From: Rhynchopus sp. YZ270_cl-10
Taxonomy: Eukaryota
Direction: 5' to 3'
Assembly (NCBI GenBank): GCA_964035575.1
Contig: OZ037842.1
Location: 1,674,001-1,738,000 of the forward strand
Length of the DNA stretch: 64,000 nt
Below are positions 1-11,080 of the stretch, piece after piece; position 1 is the stretch's first letter; the number at the start of each line of letters is the position of its first letter. The notes under the pieces are model-generated. The model made no database searches. It was not told where the DNA came from and worked only from the letters and a program-made list of their open reading frames with translations. A program made the translations under genes and the position numbers.

Positions 1-1866
1 TCATGAGGAAGACCTGTTGCAGGGATGGTGCAGGACAGAAGGGTGCGACCATGGATTTCACACAGAGCACATTTTGGATTACCTGCATTTGACGTATGTA
101 CCGTGCAAAGGGGGAAAAAAAAAGCCCCCCCTTTGAAATTCATTAGGGAAAATTTGTGTGGGGTTGGTAGTTGCAACGAAGCAGACAGATCAGTGAGTTT
201 CTTGCGAAGTGTTTTCTGGATAGTGAAGACTGTCTGAAGGAGGCCCATCTTCGGGGATATTTTTCCTTTCAAAAAAGGGTTGTTTTATTTCTGGGAAATA
301 AAGAAGTAGTATTTCCCTGGGGGTGGTCAACTTCTAAGGGCGTGGATTTCCGATTCGACGGCAATAAAAATATGTGGAGTTCATCCTCGGCAGTCTACAC
401 TAATACAACCAAGCTTTTCAATAAAAAAAAAATCTTCTTTTTTTTAATTCTTTTTTCTTCACAGCGGCCGGTATGTGTGTCCGATGTGCAACAACGAGAT
501 CACCGCCCTGCTTCTCGACGACGGCACAACGCTTGCTGCGGCGGACCTGAAGAAGCGTTTCTACTTTCCACCGTCGTCGATCAGCTTCAAGTCAGACCAC
601 AACATCTCTCTGTTTAAGGAGGAGGCGGAGGTGTGTACCCACTCCCCACACCCCACCCATCAGCGGATAATGGACTTCCGGTCCCAATACACTACGGAAA
701 TTCGTTTTTTTTTTTATTCACCTCCACTTTTTAGTTTCGCGCCATTTTCGTCTACTCAAATCCACCCATTTTTCTCACTGCAAAATAGCGCTTCTCTGTT
801 CCATAAGAGTTTCGATGACATGCTGACTCATTCATACTCATTTTTTTTGTTTTCATTCCCCAGTTTTTCTCAGATGTAAACATCGAAAAATGGATGCACA
901 ACTGCGCGGTTGGGGTCCATATAGGAGAGATTTGGCAGCTTTTTTTTTTTGGCCTCAAAGAGGTTTCCTCTTCACAGCCAGGTAGTCAGTGAGCCAGTGG
1001 GAGCGTATTGCAGTAATAAAAATATCACCACAGAATATTTATTACACACTTTCCGCACAAACCACCCTCCCCCTTCCACAGTCGCTCCCGCTTCCGCTCA
1101 CCGCTATGGTGAATGAGCAGCGTCGTGTCGTTCACCAGGCAGCCTTCCCGACCATCCTCCTGCAGCTGAAGGACAGCAAAGGCTCACCATGCAGCCCCGA
1201 TGCTGAGAGGATACGTGTCCACGTCGGGCACGACTGCGAAGGTGCAGAGCTCTTCAACGGCAAGGCCATGATCCAAAGTGGCGGGCAGTGCACCATATCA
1301 AACATGGTTCTGCAGATCCCTGCCACACAGAACGTCTCCGAAAAGGACGCCGTCACGCTCAGTTTTAAGGTAACAACCCACCCCCTTTTTTTTACAATCT
1401 GAGGCATTCATAAATACAACCCCTCTAGAATCGACAATTCTCCCATCCTCCCTCGTATTTTTTCAAAAAAAAAAAATTCAAAAAATATCCAAAAAACCAG
1501 GTGACCTGCCTTGGAGAAGAACTACCCTGCCACAACTACACAATCACCTCAAGTGTTTACTTCCCTGAGGATGAGCGTGAGGTCTCCCCAGGACTGCAGA
1601 CCTACCGGGAGAAGGTGGCTGCCGCAAAGGCGGAGGAGGGGAAGGCGAAGGCCGAGCCTGTCGTGGAAGAGGTTTCCCCAACAAAGCCTGTCAAGGCTGC
1701 TCCGCAAGAGGACAACAGGAGCGATTCTAACTCAGACACAAACGCGCTCTCCGGGACACTCGAGAAGGAACGCAACGGCTTCGTCAAAGAAAGCAACAGA
1801 CGGGAACGGCGGAAACAACCACAGTCCGTTCAGGACGGTGGCTGTGGTGGATGCGTTGTGGCATGA
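1..1866 (+). CDS. 5'-truncated spliced gene: RING-finger-like protein with C-terminal CaaX motif; exons <1-93, 465-630, 1082-1369, 1501-1866
   Basis: GT-AG joins keep the frame open. Exons 1+2 give CDHGFHTEHILDYLHLTGRYVCPMC, a RING-like C-x-H-x-FH...CPxC pattern. The protein ends GGCGGCVVA* (CaaX). Confidence 0.7.
374..425 (+). repeat. Family B short repeat (TAGTGGAGTTCATCCTCGGGTGTCTACACTAATACAACCAAGTTTTCAAAAA); other copies ~3340, 4781, 4853, 23019, 34476
   Basis: Near-identical ~50-nt text at several positions; forms a hairpin with an A-rich tail. Confidence 0.85.
948..1061 (+). repeat. ~105-bp dispersed repeat (family E), second copy ~54747-54853
   Basis: GGCCTCAAAGAGGTTTCCTCTTCAC...GGGAGCGTATTGCAGTAATAAAAATATCA...ATATTTATTACACACTTT occurs in both places. 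Confidence 0.9.
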
Positions 1867-2499
1867 AGGAATGTAAAGGGATTGGGAGGGGGGGAAAACG
1901 TCTATCGGACCAGAAGTTTGCTTCTAATAAATGGTGTTGAGAAAGCAAAGTCTGCAGAAGATAGACCAGAAATGACTAAGCAGAAGCTTGGATCCATCTT
2001 ACCATTTTTTTTTCTTCTTCTGCATTTGCATTTGCGATGCGTACAAAACAAAACAAAAAAAAACAATATTTCACAAAAAAAATCATGCCCTTCAAAAGCA
2101 AAGGTCAAAGGAAAAAAAAGCAACAACAACAAAAATTGAGCACAAAAAAAAAAATCTCCCCTTTCCACTTTCCCACCCCTGATCTCTTTTTTTTTTTATC
2201 CGTTCTGTCATTTTGTTCCTCTAATGTACTTTTTTTGAATGAGCTCGACTGGGCTGCGTTTTAGCACGTTTCAACTACTCTTTTTTTCTTTTTTCGTTTT
2301 TTTTCTTTTTCTTGAGGAGGGAGGAGGGTCAATATTCTGTGCAGTGTGCATTTTTGTGTCTTTTTTTTGTTCCCAAAGTGAAGACATAAAAAAATCCCCG
2401 AAAACTCTTTTTTCAATACGACTGAGTTTTTTTTTTTTCCAGCAGTTGTGTGTCTGCTGTGAAATGATATGTGAGTTTGTGAGTGTTTTTTTTCCCCCC

Positions 2500-2660
2500 C
2501 CTAGGCATACCTAGAAAGCGAATATGATATTCGCCCTATATTCGGCCTATATTCGGATCCGAATACGATATTCGGATCCGAATATAGGCCGAATATGACC
2601 CAAGAGTTTTGGATCCGAATATAGGGCGAATATCATATTCGCTTTCTAGGTATGCCTAGG
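2500..2660. mobile_element. MITE with ~46-bp perfect TIRs
   Basis: CCTAGGCATACCTAGAAAGCGAATATGATATTCGCCCTATATTCGG at the left end and its reverse complement at the right; the TA within CCTAGG may be the TSD. Confidence 0.85.
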
Positions 2661-3414
2661 CCTCCCCTATTCGCTGTGCGCGAAGACAAAATATGGAGAA
2701 GAATTCCATACCGAAAAAGGATTTTTTTTTCCACAACAGTCGTGCCCGTTGATGCCTCGTTAAAAGAATATCATGTTTGGCTGTGAAGCTAGGTGGATAA
2801 AGATAAATTCATTGTACAAAAGGGAGAAATACAATACATTTTCGGATTCTCTCTGATACAACGAAATTATCAATAAGTAAACACTTCGTCATGGTCTTAT
2901 TGAGGCATAACAAACGGCGACGGCAATGTAGAGGGGTCTTGAGGAGGAAGTGTGAATGAAAAAAAAAATGGAAAAGCTTTTTTCAAAACAAAAACCTGGC
3001 TTGAAGTTGTATTGCCGACTGCTTCTTGTCTATGTCAACATAAAATATTTGGTCTTGGAGATGATGAGGGGGGATTTCTTTTATACCCCAAAATACAACT
3101 AAAGATACGCTGGTGGACAATTCCATCCTTCTTTACTGGGAGGTGTGCTGACTACAACCCTTTTTTAGGTGCACAAAAAAAAAAGGGAAAGTTGTACGCA
3201 ACCTTAACCTCTCCAGTCAAGATTCATATCTTTAACCATTTGTAACGATACCTACTACGTGGTCATTTTTAAAAATCTCGGAACAAAGAGTGTTTCGAGC
3301 CTAGTGACTCCCTTCCTTCCCCCTTAAAATTCTGTCGTGTATCGCATCTTTCGGGGTGCCTGCACTAATACAACCAAAAAAAGTTTTGAAAAAACAACGA
3401 AAACTTTGGGTGAA

Positions 3415-3507
3415 CCACCTGATTTTCCCTGAAATTTGGTGGATGTGTTTGGTGGTGTTTAGAAAACATCTCCAAAACCTCCAAAAATTTCAGGAAAAAT
3501 CAGGTGG
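3415..3507. mobile_element. MITE of the CCACCTGATTTT family
   Basis: TIRs CCACCTGATTTT/AAAATCAGGTGG, flanked by AA/AA; inserted inside a family A hairpin. Confidence 0.85.
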
Positions 3508-3921
3508 AAGCTAAGCATTGAGAGGCTTAGCTTAGGTTCAAATCAACAGCATTTATCTCTCTCTCTCTATTTTTTTCTTTTTATTTTTTTCTTCTTTTTG
3601 CAGTGACAACGCATTTCCTTGTTTTTTTCTTTTCTTTTTCTATGCATTTAAGAGTATCCGCACCCCCTCCCCTGGCGCATCTTGCTAATTCTCTTTCATG
3701 GTAACTAAGCACCCAATCTTACATTCATCTTACATTTTTTATGAACTCTTTTTTTTTTGAAGATACGCGTGCATGAGGCACTGTCATCTTTCAAGAGGGT
3801 TTTGTATTGCTCTCGATCACCTTAGAATATTAACTCAAAAAGTAGCCCATTTGACAGAAAACGAGACGATTTTGGGTGCATGTCTTTGATTATTGACAAA
3901 AAAAGCCTTTTTTTTTTGGTA

Positions 3922-4252
3922 CCGTAAAAATATTTATTCTGGGCCGGAACAAAACTGGAACACCCCAAAAAATCGTCGATTGTTCCAGTTTTGTTCCGTA
4001 CCAGCATTGTTTTGGGGGGGTATCCGTGCCTTGTCAAAAAAAAACGAGGAGTGCGACGAATTTTTTTTGCCCAAAGATGCACTATGCACCTGGGTGGGGT
4101 GGGAATGGGGATAAAAATTCTACCCCAACAGAACTGTTCTGGGCCGGAACAAAACTGGGACACCCCCAAAAACCCCAAGTGTTCCAGTTTTGTTCCGGTC
4201 CAGTATACTTCTGTCTCAGAATAGTTACAGCCCAGAATAAATATTTTTACGG
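3922..4252. mobile_element. Tc1/mariner/pogo-like MITE
   Basis: TIRs CCGTAAAAATATTTATTCTGGGC / GCCCAGAATAAATATTTTTACGG; TA on the left, CA on the right; internal inverted GGAACAAAACTGG repeats. Confidence 0.8.
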
Positions 4253-4570
4253 CAAGTGTTTTGTTTGGGAGTTTGTTTTTGTTATTCGCTCTTTTTTTCT
4301 CTCCATTGACAAAGGGTGCGAGACTTAGGTTCTGTCTTCAAAAAAAAAATTCTTGTTCTCTGTGCGTGTTGCCAGGCCTTTGCTTTTTGATTTTTTTTTT
4401 TTTTTTGACATACGTCATTACCAGTTTGGATTTTATATGTTACATTTTGGTGATTTTGTTGATTGTCATCGTCACACTCTTACATCGTTATAGTGAAAAG
4501 GAAAAGGAAAAGAGGTGAGGTATTGGGCCTTACTACTCTACTCTATTCTTTCCTCTAGATGCAAACCACA

Positions 4571-4680
4571 AAATGGATGTAGGACCCGCATGGTTTCGGG
4601 TCCACCCCACGGTGCACCGGTCATGCACCAAGGTACACTGTCACGAGAGGGCTTTCTTTTTGTATTTCAAGTCAATTTTT
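4571..4680 (+). repeat. Family C ~100-nt multi-stem repeat; copies ~32492-32600, ~57167-57265, partial ~887 and ~22832-22935
   Basis: Shared AAATGGATG(T/C)AGG...GGTRCA..TGYACC..GGTACAC..GAGAGGGCTTT..TGTATTTCAAGT. Confidence 0.8.
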
Positions 4681-5990
4681 CTTCGTATTTTTCATTTGAT
4701 GACATTCGTGCCGCAACCCTCCCGAAGATAGATGCGAAGCGAGGCAGAGGGGATTATACCTCCACCCCCCAAAAAAAATATAGTGGAGTTCATCCTCGGG
4801 TGTCTACACTAATACAACCAAGTTTTCAAAAATAAATAAAACTGGTTTAGCATAGTGGAGGTAGCGTCATCGGGCGTCAACACTAATGCAAACCAAGTTT
4901 TCAAAAAAAATAATTGGTGTTCGTGATTTTACCCCCAAAAAAGTACTGAGGGGGTCAGGAACACCGCAATTTCTCCATTTTCCGCTCCGCTATAAAAGGG
5001 AATTATCCTCAGTGTTCTTTTAGATGAATGAAGAGAAGAGGTTTGAGTTTTCATCTAACCAACTTAATTTTTTTTTATATAATTGTTCTTTGTGTACATT
5101 GTACACAAAAGAACGACCTTTTAATGAGAATTAGCTGAAGGTGGACCAAGCCTAGAGAGGCTTAAGGTCGTCTTATAGTCTTTTCTTGTTTCCAGTTTAT
5201 CTTTGGAAGGTGATTCCATTCATTATTGCAAAGGTTCTTTTTTCCTCTTTTCTTTTAAGGTTCCCAAACGATAACGGTTGTGGAAAAAGGTGTGTGTTTT
5301 TTGTATACTTTCAATTCTGTGAAATGGAAGTATATGAATCTAATTTTGTTCAGCCTCCTGGGGCTGGCCATCTTTCAAGCTTCCCCTTTGTTCGATAGCG
5401 AAAGATGTGTGTACACGAGAGGTACTTTCATCTTACAAGTTTTCTTTGATTTTTATTGTGATTTTCCACCCTAAAAAAAATAGTTTAAATTTCCTTTATT
5501 TTCGCGAATTTGCGTCTGAAGCTGTGGCATTTACCGAAGGGAAAGGAATACATTATTAGCAAGGCTCAGAAGAAGAACAGCAATGCATCATGACAAAAAC
5601 TCTTGCGGTTTTATTTGACTCTCCATTTTTTTCTTTTTTTCATAGAGGTGGGTCAGAACTACACCGCATTCAATAAGTCCCCAATGGTCTTATTATCCAC
5701 ATTTTTTTCCGCAAACCCGCTGCTCAAGGTGACTAAGCAATCCTTGGTTCATCTCACAATTCTTTTTTTTTTTTTTTTTTTGAATTTTTTTTACCCTCCA
5801 TCCGTTGAAGCATCTGCACCAAAAAAAACAACAAGATTGATGCAAAAATCCCCTTCTTCTTCTTCTTCAAAAAAAAAAAATACCTTGTTTTGTTTTATAG
5901 CAGGCATACTGCTGTGTCATTTCTCCGTTTCGGGAGTTTGAGTGGATAATAAAATAGTTTATTGCCGTTTTCTCCGTTTCACCCACATCA

Positions 5991-6046
5991 GGCCGTACCG
6001 TTAACCGCAATAGGTCTCCTAGGCTAAAAGCCTCTGGCCGACAGAA

Positions 6047-6092
<46 letters not shown>

Positions 6093-6112
6093 AAAGGATT
6101 GGCTCCGAAGGG
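5991..6112 (+). rRNA. Isolated fragment (pseudogene) of eukaryotic LSU (28S) rRNA; may extend to ~6237
   Basis: Contains the conserved LSU text GGCCGTACC..CCGCA..AGGTCTCC.AGG...AGCCTCTGG...AACAATGTAGGTAAGGGAAGTCGGCAA...GATCCGTAACTTCGGGAAAAGGATTGGCTC; no flanking rDNA. Confidence 0.9.
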
Positions 6113-7502
6113 TACAGTGTAGATTGCTAGAGGGTTCGCGTTAGTATAGGGTTGATGTGGCTGCGGTCGCGCTCTCGGGTGCAACACTACGGTCTCTGAT
6201 TCTCGACTAACACTGCCTTGGACGCGTCTACAATGAAGTTTTACGGACGCTGTTTCGCTTTTTTTTAAAAATCTGACGACCTCAGCTAGCATTGTGCCTT
6301 ATTAGGTATATCATACCATGCTTTAAATTTCTCTTAGAAAGTTATGAAACAAAACAAAAAAACAAAAATTGGGCGTTGCCGTGTACTATCAGGTTGTTTG
6401 CACAAATGCACCCCCCTCCCCTCCCCTCCTTTTCTTTCCCATTTCACTCAAGCTGTCTCTGACCGGAACACTCCGTAGACGTCGGACGTTTGTTTGACTG
6501 GATTCCAACTCCTAGCGATATTGTTTCTTTATGGTGACTAGGCACGAAGGGCTAAGTATCATCTTACCAACTTATTTTTTTTTTGTGTGAAACACGTGTG
6601 CACTAGATATAGTGGTCTGCTGCGTGTCTTATTGTTCCACCCTCATGCGAGAATAGCATGGGGTTTTCTCGACAGAATATACATTTTTTGAGTAAAACAG
6701 TAAATATTTCCTCATTTCAGTTTCGGTGACGAAGCGAATTACCAACCTTTTTTAGGTGACCACAGAGAGGCTAGAGGCTTAGGTTCATCTTATAAAACTT
6801 TTCTTTTAAAAGCTTGCGTTCCATGATTTTGCGTCCCCCCTCTGCTGACAGAAAGCCGCTAAAGTCAGTAGCAACCACTCTTTGTTCGCTTCTGATCTGT
6901 ACAGCATCCCCCACTAGGATACTCTAAAATGTTACCCCATTTTCCCCCAAAAAAAAAAAAAACACACAATGAACCCAAGAAAGACCATGTGCTGTAATGA
7001 TTGCTTTTGATATAACTTCTTTTGCTTTCCCTGATAAGGGGGTGGTGGTACCACTGTGTGATTTTCATTGGTACGCCCATCGCCTTATCGTTTTTTTTTT
7101 GTGGATACGATTCTCTGATCGATTTTTTTCTTTTTTCTTTTTTGCAGCCCACCCTTTAGGGAGTAAGATGTGAATGGGTTTTGCCTTTTCTTACAATTTT
7201 TTTTTCTTTTAAATCATTGAGTACACATGGCTCCTTTGTTTTGGCGTTTCTGTTTCCTTTTTTTACGTCTCAAGCGAGGAGGAGGCATCTTTCCCAAAAA
7301 AAAAAAAAAATCCCTTATTTGAGGGAGGGAGGTACTTTTTTGTCTCTCTGTTCCTTTCTGTGCGTTTTCTTTCCCGTTTATTTTCAATTTTTGTGAGCAA
7401 TAGAGAGAAGGGGACGCTCTGTTATTCCTGAAAAAAGTTTGGGTACATTTTTAGTGCACCCTTATTATACCTTCTGTTCAGTAGAATAGTTAGTATATGA
7501 AA

Positions 7503-7623
7503 CATAGATGGAACGCCCATATGGGCAGCTGCTAATATGGGCACCCCAAAAAACAGGATATGGGCAATATGGGCGCCCATATTGCCCATATTTTTTGGTG
7601 CCCATATGGGCGTTCCATCTATG
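7503..7623. mobile_element. MITE with CATAG termini and 6-bp TSD
   Basis: 25-bp TIR CATAGATGGAACGCCCATATGGGCA; ATGAAA on both flanks; internal ATATGGGC repeats. Confidence 0.85.
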
Positions 7624-8418
7624 ATGAAACAATTTTGAGCAATAGAGGAAGAGTGACGCTCTGTTACGCGATTACTGCGATTTTTTATATAAAACGAATA
7701 CTGTTGCCGCGTCGAGCCAGTTATTTTTTTTTTCTTTCTTTCAAAAAATAAAAAATCTTTTTTCCCTTTTTTCAGAACTACCATTGAAAACGATGAACCG
7801 TGACAATATACACGACAAGAGTTTAAAAAAAAAATGTGAACCACAGTTGTGGCAACTTCATTAAAATCCTATTTCTTCAGAACTGATTTTTCAAAAAAAA
7901 AAGGAAGGGAGGGCGAGGGGTGCGAAAAAGTTGAAAAACTTTGCGTCCAAATAAGTTTGGACGATTTTGGAAAAAGGGGGTTTAGGTAATTTGGTGCCTT
8001 TGAGATATAGAAAAAAACCCTGCCTTTTTTTGGTGACATTCCGCACAGAACGTGTCCCTCCCTTTCTTTGAAGATGTGTGTGCAGAGGAGCATTCATCTT
8101 AAAAAAAAGCTTTCTTTTTTTGACCATTATTTTGTCAATACAATGAACTCTCCCTCTGGCTTGATCTTTTTTTTTTTGTCGAGTAACTTCCCTTTCTCTT
8201 CCTGTTCTTACGGTTGCCCAGATGGTTTGCTTTTCTTAGAATCTCTCCACAAAAAAAGCACATTTAGTACAGATCTTTACTGTAAAGTTATTTGTCAATA
8301 ATGAAAAAGCTGAGAAAATTAAACTTTGGTGCATGCCCCTTCCTCTAACCCCAAATAATCCCCAAAAAAAGACAACTGTGTGTCCAGAGATATCTTTCAA
8401 CTCTTTTTTGTTTATTTC

Positions 8419-8455
8419 AGGTGACTAAGCAGGAGAGGCTTAGGGTCATCTTACA
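8419..8455 (+). repeat. Family A hairpin repeat (AGGTGACTAAGC-ACAGAGAG-GCTTAGGTTCATCTT), representative copy of >=20
   Basis: Copies near 3511, 3761, 5022, 5139, 5403, 5727, 6532, 6754, 8072, 8419, 20442, 25111, 26591, 28178, 29969, 30267, 30379, 32716, 54121, 55293, 55981. Confidence 0.85.
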
Positions 8456-8732
8456 CACACCTGTTTTTTTTTTCCTCATTTTTCTTTATGCGGCTGTCAC
8501 TGCAGTTTTATTTTTGTTTAGTTTTCCATTTTCAAACTTCTCTTTTTTCCCTAATTAGGTTAGCTACCTTCACCTCCACCCTAAATCCGGATGATGCAAC
8601 ATGCAACCCTCTTTGGAAGCCACAAACCGTTTTTTTTTTTTATTTTTGAAAAAAAGGAGGGAGTACACGGTACACCCTTAGATGCTTACTGTGCTGTAGT
8701 AAGTATATGAAGTTTGTTTTTCTGTTCTAGGG

Positions 8733-10837
8733 CCACCTGATTTTGCCCCCAAAAAAAAAACGGGATTCGGGCCTATACGGCCTCGACGCAGCCTGTACGG
8801 GCCTATACGGCCCTTTACGCGCCTTTACGCGCCTTTACGCGCCTATACGCGGGGCCGAAAATCCAGAAAAAAATTTTTTTTGGGTGGGTTCTAGTGGGGG
8901 AAATTTTGTGGGTGAGGGTTGGGGTAACGTAAAAATGTTGGGAGTGGGTGCCTAAACCCTGAAACTTTACGCACATCTTCAGAATCCTCTTCCGGAGGGA
9001 CAGAATGTCACACGCTCGCAACACCCCTAAAATCGACAAAATGGATATCCTTCTTCCTCACACCGGGGTTGTTGCAACCGTTGCATAAATTTGGTTGCTT
9101 CTTATACAAGTCAGAGTAGCACGTATGGGGATTCTGCTGCAAGTACTCCTTCACCAAACCAAGTGTGTGGATAAGTCCGACGCTTCGCGAAGGAAGGAGT
9201 ACAATACTACCATTCAACGATTTAACAAAATCATTGAATGGACTGCTAAACACTGGGCCGGGTGCAGTGGCCGCCTCAGAGACCCTTGTCATCGACACCC
9301 CAACGGGTTCCCTTTGCGGAAAATTTCGGCAGCTCGCTTCCATAACTTGTTCGCCAAGATCTTGCCAATCAGACGGCGTGTCGCGTCCTCCCACGTCATG
9401 TCGTCGGTCATCCTGATTGCCAGGTGCGAACATCAGCAACGCTGATCTTCGGGCGAAAGAGCTGCTTCTTCGTACGACGGTGGCAATGGCGTTATGCGGC
9501 CGCCACTACGAGGCGATTCGGCCGGTGGGGAAGGTGGACTTACCAGAGGAACAAATGATGTGTCGTCGGACTTGATGAAGAAAGCGACGCTGAACCCGGG
9601 CCTCCTTGGCCACCTGAGGATCCACGCGCGGAAAATGAGTATGTCCTGGACCACATCTTCTCCTTCGGATTTAAGAATCCAACGCTCTGGATGGGATACA
9701 GGACCAGCCGAAGTGGACACGGGGGATACTTTGGAGGTGCGCCAGAAGCGCTCTCGAGTGAAGGTGGCAGCGGGACTCCCACGCCAGGCCTTGACTTCCC
9801 TCACCAGCGATGGTCTCGCCCCGCATGGACCTGCAACGTTTGCCAAGCTTAAGGGCAAGCACCCTACGGCGCACCTACCTTCTGTGCATGGGGACATGAA
9901 GAACCCCTCTGGCCCCGCCGACTTCACCACCAAAGAGGTCATGGCAGCAATCACCAGCATGCCGCGAGCCACTACAGGTGGCCCGTCAAACCTGACAGAT
10001 TCACTCCTCCGCACCTTGTGTGTTGTGCAACCAAAAGCACACCCCTGGCACGCTTGCTGCCCTGGCGAAGGTGCTGTCATCACTGGCAAAAGGCGAGGCT
10101 CATCGCAACTTTCTTCGCTGTGCCAAGCTAGCCCTCATGAAGGTGTCATGAAGGCAAGCCTGGCGATGCGCTCACTCGGTGGATTGATTGGCATCAAAGG
10201 TACTGCAAAGTAAGACCACCTTGCATTGCGTCTGTTCGCATTTAGGCGCAACCTCAACATCGTCATCGTCCAGTCGGTGGGTAGGACGGTGGAGAGGAGC
10301 GCCTAGCACATGACTGCAGCCAAACGGCCATCCACCCCGAGGGGTGGATGGCCGCTAGGCTGCAGTCATGTGTGAGGGTGTGCCACGGTGGGCTCGGACT
10401 TCCGCCAGAACTTTGTCGACCTCATGTGCCTGATCCCCGTACTCTGCGGACGAAGTGGCATCAACGCATCCACCACAACTGGTTGTGAGGGAAGTATTCC
10501 TCAAAGAAATCCAGTCGTCAGCCTCTTCGTCACACAGCCCCCATGCCTAGTCGTCGTCTCCCTCTACGATCTCATCATCCCAGAAAGCGACCTCCTCATC
10601 CTCCGCTTGGCGCAGTGGTGATGCCCAAACAAAGCGGGGCCGAAGGTGTCCCAGGGAGAGGGAAAAGAGTGGCTTTGGCGGGTTGTGGGGGATATGTACA
10701 CGTATAGAGGGAAAAATGGGTGGGGATGTGCCTTTACGGACCTATACGGGCCTATACGGGCTTATACGCGCCTATACGAGCCTATACGCGCCTTTACGCG
10801 CCTATACGCGCCTATACGCGGGGTAAAAATCAGGTGG
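8733..10837. mobile_element. 2.1-kb non-autonomous TIR element (CCACCTGATTTT family) with subterminal GCCTATACGC repeats and captured cargo
   Basis: TIRs at 8733 and 10837; TAGGG repeated on both flanks; 10-mer tandem arrays at ~8770-8850 and ~10730-10820. Confidence 0.85.
9494..10030 (+). pseudogene. Fragment of non-LTR retrotransposon (CRE/R2-group-like) ORF, region leading into the RT domain
   Basis: VAAGLPRQALTSLTSDGLAP...LKGKHP...FTTKEVMAAITSMPRATTGGPSNL resembles the RT domain 0-1 motif 'EV..AI.S.P...A.GPDGL'; no YxDD core seen. Confidence 0.6.
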
Positions 10838-10930
10838 TAGGGTAGAAAAAAGGAGTAACCAACACAAAAAAAAAGTAAAATGTTATACGGGGGCCAGCGG
10901 CGCTACAAGCTCACCAATTCTCTATTTTCC

Positions 10931-10990
10931 CCACCTGATTTTGACCCGAATTTTGGCGGTGTTTGGTGGAAGTTTTGGCCAAAGCTGGTC
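10931..10990 (+). mobile_element. Solo left end of CCACCTGATTTT-family MITE
   Basis: CCACCTGATTTTGACCCGAATTTTGGCGGTGTTTGGTGG matches the left halves of the 3415 and 32363 copies. Confidence 0.65.
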
Positions 10991-10995
10991 ATAGC

Positions 10996-11080
10996 TGTTC
11001 CTCTGAAAATGAAAGTGGAGATTGCACAAACTGTGGCAACACAACCGAGGCAACTACACTACTCCAACAATTTATCAAAA
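10996..11080 (+). repeat. Family F repeat; second copy ~35281-35370 in the last HIBCH intron
   Basis: GAAAGTGGAGATTGCAC.ACTGTG.CAAC..CCGAGGCAA.CTACACTA.TCCA.CAAT.TATCAAAA occurs in both places. Confidence 0.8.
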
